Translations under genes and position numbers: made by a program
Shown: positions 36,272-44,215 of the stretch, one piece after another
How the letters are laid out: every line of letters begins with the position of its first letter
How positions within the stretch are numbered: the first letter of the stretch is position 1
From: a bacterium
GTDB lineage: Bacteria; Patescibacteriota; Minisyncoccia; Phycocordibacterales; UBA1006
Direction: 5' to 3'
DNA length: 64,000 nucleotides
NCBI GenBank assembly: GCA_037144045.1
Contig: JBAWXN010000002.1
Location: 54,734-118,733 of the forward strand
Notes under the pieces: generated by a model
Told to the model about the DNA's origin: nothing
Database searches by the model: none
Seen by the model: the letters and a program-made list of their open reading frames with translations, nothing else

Positions 36272-36754
36272 TTATTGAAATACAACAGGTACTGAATACG
36301 ATGCATCAAATTGTGGTTCACCTGAAGGATTATCCTTAGTAAACACGAGCGTACCTGCGCCTTGATAGTTTGTTACCGGAAGGGTTACAGAAAAAGGAAT
36401 TGAATTAGTAGTCATCCAATCCTGTGATGAATGGGCAAGCGCTACCCCAATTTGGTTTCCATTAATGTCTTTCATGAATACTGGAAACGATCCCTCAAAA
36501 AACCAATTCCCTACCACCATTCCTGTAACTGTCATAGGTAGCGTAATAGCTTGTCCAGAAGTTAATGAATCTATAGTAACAGGATTTGTAGTTGACTGAT
36601 TTTGTTGAGGAGTTTCAGGAACTGATGGAATTGTTTCCGTGCGATATTTCCATAACAAGACACTTCCCAAAATAACCACTCCAAGTCCAATAATGATTGC
36701 AATTGATTTTATGTGCTTCATGCATAAAGTATACCATATGAAAAATCCCCTCAC
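36272..36754 (-). CDS. secreted Ig-like (Gmad2-like) hypothetical protein
   Basis: N-terminal TM/signal, then a beta-rich domain. GTG start. Low-confidence family assignment. Confidence 0.3.
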   Translation of the reverse strand: MRGFFIWYTLCMKHIKSIAIIIGLGVVILGSVLLWKYRTETIPSVPETPQQNQSTTNPVTIDSLTSGQAITLPMTVTGMVVGNWFFEGSFPVFMKDINGNQIGVALAHSSQDWMTTNSIPFSVTLPVTNYQGAGTLVFTKDNPSGEPQFDASYSVPVVFQ

Positions 36755-36768
36755 GGGGATTTTTCATA

Positions 36769-36844
36769 TGGTCGGAGTGCAGGGATTCGAACCCTGAGTC
36801 ACCTGCTCCCAAAGCAGGCATGTTAGCCGTTACACCACACTCCG
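36769..36844 (-). tRNA. tRNA-Pro (anticodon TGG), CCA encoded
   Basis: Acceptor CGGAGTG/CACTCCG, D-arm with GG, anticodon stem-loop CCTGC-TTTGGGA-GCAGG, T-arm GGGTTCGAATCCC, 3' ACCA. Confidence 0.8.
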
Positions 36845-36930
36845 TTATTAAGCGACAATGCTCATACTAACACATTCCACCAAAAAGAAAAGCCTCACTT
36901 GCTCGTAATGAGAAGTGAGACTTCATATTA

Positions 36931-37488
36931 TTAGACCGTTAAGGCCTCATGAGGAACTGGCTGCAGCTCCTGTTTTTTCTTTTTTACTACCGGTTGCTTC
37001 TGATAGAAATAACTATCACGTAGCACCACATTTGCTTTGTTTGTGGTATCGAACTGTTCCTTGTGCTTAAAGCACAAGTCGCCGGTCTGATACAGACCAA
37101 TTACTTCACAAATACTTGTAAAGCGCAGTGTCAGGAATGGGTCATTACTAGCCTCTATTTTATTCTTGTACGTGTTAATGAATTTCCACAACTCGTTTAT
37201 CGCTAGGAGCTGTTTCTCAGAGTCTTTGATGTGTTCCATCTTTTCCTCTGTTTTGTAGGCTCTTTCTGGATCAGCGATGTCCTTCACCGTGCCATTTAGC
37301 TTTCCCTTAGTAAGCTGAAATAATACTTTGCCCAGGAATTTCATACGGGAATTCCCTTCCTTGTTTCCTAGTTTCAGTAGGTACTTAGTCTTCTCGGCAA
37401 GTTGTTGTTTAAATTCATCCCAGGTTACCAGGGATTCGCGACCAAGCTGTTGCTTCGATGCCGCTGCAAGTACTGCTGCTGTCTTCAT
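36931..37488 (-). CDS. hypothetical protein (185 aa)
   Basis: ORF only. Lies between tRNA-Pro and tRNA-Arg. Confidence 0.3.
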   Translation of the reverse strand: MKTAAVLAAASKQQLGRESLVTWDEFKQQLAEKTKYLLKLGNKEGNSRMKFLGKVLFQLTKGKLNGTVKDIADPERAYKTEEKMEHIKDSEKQLLAINELWKFINTYKNKIEASNDPFLTLRFTSICEVIGLYQTGDLCFKHKEQFDTTNKANVVLRDSYFYQKQPVVKKKKQELQPVPHEALTV

Positions 37489-37606
37489 ATAAAGTTGTTT
37501 AATGAAAAATGAATATCAATATACCACACGTGAAGTATTTTGCAATAAAATAAGGGGCTCCTTGCGGAACCCCTCTTCACAACCCACTGACCACATATTT
37601 TATTTA

Positions 37607-38164
37607 TTATGCAACCGGGAGACCAACTCTTCTTAAGAGCTCATCTCTACCAGCCTTTGTTTCAGGTTTTGAAACTTCAGGCCTGTTTGCGGTTATATAG
37701 TTGAACGCTGCAATTGATGATTGTTTCTCGCGATGGAAATCATCAATGTTTGCATTTCCTGTAGCGAATTTCGTAAAAATATCGTAAATAAGCCAGAAAA
37801 CGAATTTTTCATACAAATCTCTGTCTTCTTGGTGCGCTATACCTTGCAGCGCATTAAGGCCTTCTGCCCAAGCTTTCGAAACTTTTGTTTTTTGTGTCGA
37901 ATTTGGGCGATTGGTTTTAAAGTTCTCAATCGTCTTTCTTGTTTTTTCCTGGTCGAACAGAAACGTAATCTGTTCACCTTTTTTATTCAACAGGATAGCT
38001 TCTGCTAACCGAACTAAATGTTTGTAGTGCGAACACTTACACTCAGAACCAACAGTATAGATTTTTAATAGCGGTTCTCTTACAACGGCTATTATTTCTA
38101 AAATGGCCGGAGACTGCTGTCCTCCAATATCCGCGAACGGTTCCTTATTCTTTTTTTCCTGCAT
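37607..38164 (-). CDS. hypothetical protein (185 aa)
   Basis: ORF only. Lies between tRNA-Pro and tRNA-Arg. Confidence 0.3.
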   Translation of the reverse strand: MQEKKNKEPFADIGGQQSPAILEIIAVVREPLLKIYTVGSECKCSHYKHLVRLAEAILLNKKGEQITFLFDQEKTRKTIENFKTNRPNSTQKTKVSKAWAEGLNALQGIAHQEDRDLYEKFVFWLIYDIFTKFATGNANIDDFHREKQSSIAAFNYITANRPEVSKPETKAGRDELLRRVGLPVA

Positions 38165-38193
38165 ATGTTAGATTTGAAAGAGAATACCACATA

Positions 38194-38589
38194 TTATATA
38201 TTTGCGCAAGTATCGGTAATATTCCAGATGGTGCTCAATTTTGCAATCCTTGTTTCACGATTAATATGTACCGCTACCGCATCCAGCATATATTTTGTTT
38301 CATGTGAAACCTTTCGTTCAGCTAAATACCATAAAACAGTCTTTTTAATCTTGGCTATTTTGTAGCCAGTTATATTTTCAAAAGGATTATAGCAGGATCC
38401 GTATTTTATAAGTGTTTTAACTTCTATAAAATGGAGTACTGGACCTAAGCGGGCTACTATATCTATTTCACCAATCTTCTTAGTATAATTTCTTTCAACA
38501 ATGATAAAGCCTCGTGAAACGAGATAGTCTACGGTGATTGACTCACCAAGTTCCCCTATTTTCTGTTTCTCAGAACTAAACTGTTTCAT
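38194..38589 (-). CDS. YraN/UPF0102-family endonuclease-like protein
   Basis: GEIDIVARLGPVLHFIEVKT matches the UPF0102 core GEIDLIA...FVEVKTR (PD-(D/E)xK-like). 131 aa. Confidence 0.65.
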   Translation of the reverse strand: MKQFSSEKQKIGELGESITVDYLVSRGFIIVERNYTKKIGEIDIVARLGPVLHFIEVKTLIKYGSCYNPFENITGYKIAKIKKTVLWYLAERKVSHETKYMLDAVAVHINRETRIAKLSTIWNITDTCANI

Positions 38590-38676
38590 ATATCTATAGT
38601 AACAAACGACAATAAATAACTAATCAGTAATTAATAAAAGACACATTATCGTCATTATCGACAAATATATGACGTT

Positions 38677-38742
38677 TTATCCACTATTTACCCTTAGTTA
38701 TTAACACTTACCCCCAAGTTATCCACAGTTTTAGTGGATAAC
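38677..38742. promoter_or_regulatory. cluster of three DnaA-box-like 9-mers in an AT-rich spacer
   Basis: TTATCCACT (38677-38685), a perfect TTATCCACA (38719-38727) and an inverted TTATCCAC(T) (38734-38742, GTGGATAAC on the plus strand). They sit within 66 bp in the AT-rich YraN-to-tRNA-Arg intergenic region. Confidence 0.3.
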
Positions 38743-38766
38743 TGTCGTTAATGTCGATTAGGTTTC

Positions 38767-38812
38767 ATCTATAGAAAAAGACACTCATGGTTGAGTGTCT
38801 TTTTCTATAGAT
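38767..38812. repeat. 46-bp perfect palindrome (21-bp arms, 4-bp spacer); likely bidirectional terminator or recombination site
   Basis: ATCTATAGAAAAAGACACTCA-tggt-TGAGTGTCTTTTTCTATAGAT immediately 3' of tRNA-Arg. Confidence 0.5.
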
Positions 38813-38819
38813 TATTATG

Positions 38820-38891
38820 TGCACCCGCTAGGACTCGAACCTAGAACGACAGTTCCGAAGACTGTAGTGATATCCGTTTCACTACGGGTGC
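38820..38891 (-). tRNA. tRNA-Arg (anticodon TCG), CCA not encoded
   Basis: Acceptor GCACCCG/CGGGTGC, anticodon stem-loop ACAGT-CTTCGGA-ACTGT, T-arm AGGTTCGAGTCCT. Confidence 0.8.
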
Positions 38892-39021
38892 ATATTACGT
38901 TCTCAGGCACTATAAGCGCTTTCGATTGTTGAAACACTATACATGATATCTTACGATAAATCAAATAATACTGAACGTCTTCTTGAGAAAATAAGGCAAA
39001 TAAGGTATAGTATCCCTGCTT

Positions 39022-39095
39022 GCGGCCATGGTTTAGTGGTAGAACACGTCCTTGCCAAGGATGAGATGGGAGTCCGATTCTCCCTGGCCGCACCA
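39022..39095 (+). tRNA. tRNA-Gly (anticodon GCC), CCA encoded
   Basis: Acceptor GCGGCCA/TGGCCGC, D-loop AGTGGTAG, anticodon stem-loop CGTCC-TTGCCAA-GGATG, T-arm GGGAGTCCGATTCTCCC, 3' ACCA. Abuts the cca start. Confidence 0.8.
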
Positions 39096-39097
39096 AC

Positions 39098-40628
39098 GTT
39101 TCACATGAAACACTCTATTAATACTCATTTAATCCCCCAACATGTTTCGCATGTAACAGAATCCCTTAAAGCCGCAGGTTTTGAGGCTTTTGTGGTGGGT
39201 GGATGTGTCCGGGATATTATTATGGGGCGTACACCTAAAGACTGGGACATTACCACAGACGCAGTACCTGAACAGATCATTAGCCTTTTTGAGTCTCAGG
39301 GTAAAAAAGTAGTTTACGAGAATGCTTTTGGGACAGTTGCTCTCATAGAAGAAAACGAACCATTTGATTCAGTTACTCGCCAGATTGAGATTACCCCATT
39401 CCGCAGTGAAACAACCTATTCCGATAATCGACACCCTGATGCTGTTACTTTTTCTAAAACATTGAATGAGGATTTAAAACGACGTGACTTCACTATTAAC
39501 GCACTTGCCTATGACATTGAAAACGACATACTGATCGATAATTATCAAGGTTTAAACGACATTGAAAACGACATACTAAAAACCGTTGGAAATGCTGAAG
39601 AACGGCTTTCTGAGGACGCACTACGTATCCTTCGAGGTATCAGATTTGCCGCACAACTAGGATTTACTGTTTCACATGAAACAATCAATGCTATGTTTCA
39701 CGTGAAACATTTATTGAATAACATATCTCAGGAACGAATTCGGGATGAATTCGTTAAAATGATCGATTCGAACCACCCAATTATTGCACTAGGAATCATG
39801 AAGCAATTGGGTATACTGGAAATGATTATACCTGAATTACTTGAAGGTGATGGCTGTGAACAAGGCGGAGTTCATAAATACGATGTTTTTGAACATTTAT
39901 TGCATGCTTGCCAGCACGCAGCAGATAAAGATTATACGTTCCACGTGAAACTTGCAGCTCTGTTTCATGATATTGGGAAACCAAGAACACGGAGACCTGG
40001 ACAGAAGAAAGCTTGGACCTTCTATGGTCATGAAGTCGTAGGAGCTCGAATGTCGTTAAAGATCATGGAACGGCTCAGGTTTCCTAAGTCAGACGCAGAA
40101 CTTGTTGTGAAACTTGTCCGTTATCATATGTTCTTCAGCGACACTGAACAGATCACACTATCTGCGGTTCGTCGTATGATTGCGAATGTTTCACGTGAAA
40201 ACATTTGGACCTTGATGCAAATTCGAGAATGTGACCGCGTCGGTATGGCAAAACCTGAAGCTCCTTATCGCTTACGTAAGTACCACGCAATGATCGAAGA
40301 GTGCCTTCGTGATCCAATATCTGTTTCACAGCTTAAGATTGATGGCAATTACCTTATGAAGGAGTTACACGTGAAACCAGGTCCTCGTATGGGATGGATG
40401 TTACACGCACTTCTTGAAGAGGTGCTAGAAAACCCTGAAAAGAACACAATTGAGTATCTTTCTGCAAGAATCAACACTTTCCAAGGTTTCACAGATTTAG
40501 AACTTAGAAAATTAGGCGAACAAGGTAAGCAAACTAAAGAAGAATTGGATGATGCTGAAATCACCAAGTTACACGTGAAACATGGGGTTGCAGCTCAATC
40601 AAAGAAGAAGTAATGTTTCACGTGAAAC
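39098..40628. repeat. array of eight near-perfect copies of the 14-bp palindrome GTTTCACGTGAAAC (CACGTG/CATGTG core) within and flanking the cca CDS
   Basis: Copies at 39098-39111 (overlapping the ATG), 39669-39682, 39695-39708, 39938-39951, 40188-40201, 40364-40377, 40568-40581 and 40615-40628 (2 nt after the stop). More copies lie just outside at 38297-38310 and 40812-40825, with half-sites at 39405, 40323 and 40911. The copies sit in two different reading frames. Confidence 0.6.
39105..40613 (+). CDS. cca: CCA-adding tRNA nucleotidyltransferase with C-terminal HD domain
   Basis: GGCVRDIIMGRTPKDWDITT (class II NTase GGxVRD...DxD), RRDFTINALA, and an HD domain ALFHDIGK. ORF 38943..40613 runs through the tRNA-Gly gene, so the start was placed at the first ATG after the tRNA (MKHSINTHL). 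Confidence 0.8.
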   Translation: MKHSINTHLIPQHVSHVTESLKAAGFEAFVVGGCVRDIIMGRTPKDWDITTDAVPEQIISLFESQGKKVVYENAFGTVALIEENEPFDSVTRQIEITPFRSETTYSDNRHPDAVTFSKTLNEDLKRRDFTINALAYDIENDILIDNYQGLNDIENDILKTVGNAEERLSEDALRILRGIRFAAQLGFTVSHETINAMFHVKHLLNNISQERIRDEFVKMIDSNHPIIALGIMKQLGILEMIIPELLEGDGCEQGGVHKYDVFEHLLHACQHAADKDYTFHVKLAALFHDIGKPRTRRPGQKKAWTFYGHEVVGARMSLKIMERLRFPKSDAELVVKLVRYHMFFSDTEQITLSAVRRMIANVSRENIWTLMQIRECDRVGMAKPEAPYRLRKYHAMIEECLRDPISVSQLKIDGNYLMKELHVKPGPRMGWMLHALLEEVLENPEKNTIEYLSARINTFQGFTDLELRKLGEQGKQTKEELDDAEITKLHVKHGVAAQSKKK

Positions 40629-40637
40629 AAAAAGGCC

Positions 40638-42266
40638 TCATTGGGTCTTTTTTGTTTCTATAGCTGCTTTTATGAGACCATCAAACAAAGGATGTGGCTT
40701 GTCTGGTCGGGATAGGAATTCAGGATGACTTTGAGTTCCTACAAAATAGGGATGCATTTCTGGATTTAATTCAATCATTTCTACAAGATAATCTTCGGGA
40801 TTATCTCCAATGTTTCCCGTGAAACGTCCTGAAATAAGCATTCCACGATCTTCTAATTGTTTTACATATTGATTTTGGACTTCTAGGCGGTGTCTGTGAC
40901 GTTCTATGGTCTGTGAAACACCGAATAGCGATGCAATTTTGGTTTCTGGCTGTATATCACACCTGTAATCGCCCAGGCGCATAGTCCCGCCTTTTTGCGT
41001 AATTTTGAGTTGTTCCGGAATGAAGTCGATAATGAAATCTGAATCTGGTGAAGTGTTTTCCATTTCTCGGGATACGGCGCGCGGAATGCCGCAGGCATTC
41101 CGCGCGAACTCAACTACAGCAAGCTGCATTCCTAAACAGATACCAAAATAGGGCACCTTGTGCATACGCACATACTCAATCGCTTTTATTTTGCCTTCCA
41201 TTCCACGCGAACCGAATCCACCGGGAACAATAACAGCATCGTACGTCTTCAATTCAGTAATCAGTGCATCGTCGTCAGCATCTAAAATAGTTACTACGCA
41301 ATCAACATTGTTGGCAGCTGCAGCTATTTTAACCGATTCTATAACGCTCAAATAAGCATCTGATAATTTCGTATACTTAGATACCAATGCAACTTTTACT
41401 TTTATTTCCTTAGGTTTTTGAATATCATGGAAAAACCGAGGAAGCTTAATGTGCAGGTCTCTATCCATAAATTCAGCAAGTACTTCCGATATCTTGGTAT
41501 TTTCAAGTAAATGAATGGGTACCGAATAAATACTCGACATATCAGGGCAGGGGATGACTCGATCTTGATTCAAGTTTCCAAATAGAGCAATTTTTTCAAG
41601 GAGTCCTAGTGGTAAATCACCATGATCGGGCTCATAGCGTGCCGCAATAATATCAGGCTGAATTCCTAAACGAAGCAGTTCTCGTAATGAATTTTGCAGC
41701 GGTTTTGACTTATATTCACCAGAAACCTTAAGGAAGGGTACATATCCCAAGTGAATATGAAGGACTTTACCTGGGTGATCGCGCCGAAATTGACGTAACC
41801 CCTCCAAAAACACTTCTGCTTCCATGTCGCCCGTAGAGCCTCCAATTTCGATAACTTTTACATCACTTTCTGTTCCTGAGTATATTTTCTTAATATAATC
41901 AGTTATATGAGGAATAAGTTGTACCGTATGACCCAAAAAGACCCCTTCACGCTCCTGATCAAGGATTGATTGGTAAATACGTCCAGCACTCATCGTTGAT
42001 CGTTTGGTAAGATGGGTTTGGAGGAAGCGTTCGTAGTGGCCTAAATCAAGGTCTGTTTCCGCGCCGTCCCCAAGTACATATACCTCACCATGTTCGTAAG
42101 GCGACATGGTTCCAGGATCAACATTCAAATAGGGGTCCATTTTTAAAGCTTCGACGCTGATGCCGCTTGATTTAAGAATCAAGCCAATGCTTGCACCAAT
42201 GATGCCCTTCCCGAGTCCAGACACCACTCCGCCAGTAACTACAATGTAGCGTGCGCCGGTATTCAC
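40638..42266 (-). CDS. pyrG: CTP synthase
   Basis: YIVVTGGVVSGLGKG N-terminus, amidoligase domain, and a C-terminal glutamine amidotransferase domain (GICLGMQ). Confidence 0.95.
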   Translation of the reverse strand: MNTGARYIVVTGGVVSGLGKGIIGASIGLILKSSGISVEALKMDPYLNVDPGTMSPYEHGEVYVLGDGAETDLDLGHYERFLQTHLTKRSTMSAGRIYQSILDQEREGVFLGHTVQLIPHITDYIKKIYSGTESDVKVIEIGGSTGDMEAEVFLEGLRQFRRDHPGKVLHIHLGYVPFLKVSGEYKSKPLQNSLRELLRLGIQPDIIAARYEPDHGDLPLGLLEKIALFGNLNQDRVIPCPDMSSIYSVPIHLLENTKISEVLAEFMDRDLHIKLPRFFHDIQKPKEIKVKVALVSKYTKLSDAYLSVIESVKIAAAANNVDCVVTILDADDDALITELKTYDAVIVPGGFGSRGMEGKIKAIEYVRMHKVPYFGICLGMQLAVVEFARNACGIPRAVSREMENTSPDSDFIIDFIPEQLKITQKGGTMRLGDYRCDIQPETKIASLFGVSQTIERHRHRLEVQNQYVKQLEDRGMLISGRFTGNIGDNPEDYLVEMIELNPEMHPYFVGTQSHPEFLSRPDKPHPLFDGLIKAAIETKKTQ

Positions 42267-42344
42267 AAACGTAATTATAACAAATCATTACTAAGAAGCT
42301 AATAAAAAAACTATCCACAAAATTACACCACAAATTTTTAAAAT

Positions 42345-43373
42345 GTGCTATACTCTTTTTTATCTATGAACTTGATTATTCAGGCCGCTATTATTATTAC
42401 TATTACAGGTTTCTTTGGAATGCTCGAAGCTGCACTATTTACAGTTCCTATATCGCGTGCACGCGTTCTCGCTTCACAAAAAAAGAGTGGCGCGGAAGCA
42501 CTGCTCACCCTTAAGCGCTCTATGGCACGACCTATTTTCCTATTGGTTGTTTTCGTTAACGTATCCACAGTACTCGGAAGTATTATCCTTGGTAAAAATG
42601 CTGGGGAAACAGCTGGTGTTTCAGTAGGACTCGTATCAGCACTCATGACTATTGGAATTATTATTTTTGGAGAACTCCTTCCTAAAAGTTTTGGTGACAA
42701 GCACGCTGAAACTATTGCGCGGTTTTTTGCACCATTTTTAATTTTTATTACAAAAATATTTACTCCTATTGTTTGGCTCTATGAAAAGGGAATTACTTTG
42801 TTACTAGGAAGTCATACGACCCCGGTATCAGAAGATGATCTACGCGTTTTATCTGAAACAAGTCACACAGAAGGGGGAATCGAAGCTGATGAAAAAGAAA
42901 TCATCCTTAACACGTTTCGCATGAATGATACTCATGCACGCGACATTATGACCCCTCGCGTTAACATTGAAGCACTTCCTGAACATACCACCCTTCAAGA
43001 AGCGTTGATAATTATCGGCGATAAACCGTTTTCGCGAATGCCGGTGTATAGTAAAAACATAGATGATATTGTTGGTGTTGTAACATCGAAAGACATTTTA
43101 CGTGCATTAGCCCATGATGAACACGCAAACCATGTTTCACAATATATTCGACCCCATACAACCGTAAGCGAAACCATGCGAGCAGACCACTTACTTGGAA
43201 TGTTTCAAAAACAAAAAATGCACTGCGCGATTGTGATTGATGATTTCGGTGGAACTGCTGGGTTTATTACTCTTGAAGACGTACTCGAAGTACTCGTAGG
43301 CGAAATCATGGATGAAACCGACGAAATTGAAGATTTACGTAAACCACAACACCATTCTAACAACCCAGCCTAG
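42345..43373 (+). CDS. CNNM/CorC-HlyC-family transporter (DUF21 plus CBS pair)
   Basis: N-terminal DUF21 membrane domain (GELLPKSFG), two CBS-like motifs (DIMTPRV.., GVVTSKDIL) and a C-terminal acidic tail. It lacks an obvious CorC_HlyC transporter-associated domain. Confidence 0.7.
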   Translation: MLYSFLSMNLIIQAAIIITITGFFGMLEAALFTVPISRARVLASQKKSGAEALLTLKRSMARPIFLLVVFVNVSTVLGSIILGKNAGETAGVSVGLVSALMTIGIIIFGELLPKSFGDKHAETIARFFAPFLIFITKIFTPIVWLYEKGITLLLGSHTTPVSEDDLRVLSETSHTEGGIEADEKEIILNTFRMNDTHARDIMTPRVNIEALPEHTTLQEALIIIGDKPFSRMPVYSKNIDDIVGVVTSKDILRALAHDEHANHVSQYIRPHTTVSETMRADHLLGMFQKQKMHCAIVIDDFGGTAGFITLEDVLEVLVGEIMDETDEIEDLRKPQHHSNNPA

Positions 43374-43460
43374 TGTTGGGTTGTTATTTGCTTTAAATCG
43401 AAAAGTATGGTTTAATACTGACCAACCTATTTTTATTTATGTACTTCTAAAAATTGAACT

Positions 43461-43826
43461 GTGCCAGAACAAACACAAGGAACCATGTTTTTACTCGTTG
43501 AAGGGAAAATTACAAAAGCCAAGGGCGAGGATCGAAAGTTACAAGTAATATTTCGAGAAGATGGTACGAGTCATCCTATTGAAAAAAAGTTATGGCTTGG
43601 TTCTATTACGGTAATAGAACGAGGTGACAAAAAGTTTTTTTCTGAGACTGTTTTTATTAACAACAACAATCAAAAAATTATTCTCGGCACTGCGGAGGGT
43701 GATGTCCACAAAAGAGAATTTCCTCACTTACTAGACGAGGAGAGAAAACAAGGTCTCTTTTCCTTGTATAAAGAACAAGACATTCCTCGCATTTTTATCC
43801 TTAATAAAGCATTACTTTCTGAATAA
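43461..43826 (+). CDS. hypothetical protein (121 aa)
   Basis: ORF followed by a bidirectional terminator. Confidence 0.3.
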   Translation: MPEQTQGTMFLLVEGKITKAKGEDRKLQVIFREDGTSHPIEKKLWLGSITVIERGDKKFFSETVFINNNNQKIILGTAEGDVHKREFPHLLDEERKQGLFSLYKEQDIPRIFILNKALLSE

Positions 43827-43830
43827 ACTA

Positions 43831-43858
43831 ATAAAACCCTACTTCTGTAGGGTTTATT
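43831..43858. terminator. bidirectional Rho-independent terminator
   Basis: ACCCTAC-ttct-GTAGGGT with A/T flanks. Confidence 0.5.
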
Positions 43859-43861
43859 TTA

Positions 43862-44215
43862 TTAGTTCTTATTTTCTAGTGCTGCAGCTGCAGTATATTT
43901 TCTAATAGTATCAGCATTTGTTCCAGCAACTACATTAAGTGAGTCATTCATACTCTTCTGAAACTCTTCAGTTTTTTCAAGAGCTTCTGCCTCTGCAAGG
44001 AGTTCTCTTGCTTTATCAAGCATGCCAAGCTTTCTGAATTCTCGGCTTAATGAAAATAATTCCTCAAGGTTCGCAAGGTGGTCATTACTTAGCGCAAGTG
44101 CTGCGTGCCGTTCCAGCAGTTTTGCTTTTTCAGTTTCAACTTCGGTTTGATTTGGAGCCAACATGTTTTCGTGATTCATGAGATAAGTATACCAGTAATT
44201 ACTTTGATAATTCAA
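43862..44215 (-). CDS. hypothetical coiled-coil protein (117 aa)
   Basis: ORF with heptad-like Ala/Glu/Leu content. Confidence 0.3.
   Translation of the reverse strand: MNYQSNYWYTYLMNHENMLAPNQTEVETEKAKLLERHAALALSNDHLANLEELFSLSREFRKLGMLDKARELLAEAEALEKTEEFQKSMNDSLNVVAGTNADTIRKYTAAAALENKN

Noticed and set aside
38815-39096. 93-aa minus-strand ORF spanning tRNA-Arg and tRNA-Gly (and the 5' part of track ORF 38943..40613 running through tRNA-Gly)
   Set aside because: It is antisense to, or overlaps, two well-formed tRNA genes, so it is an ORF-finder artefact. The cca start was moved to the first ATG after the tRNA.
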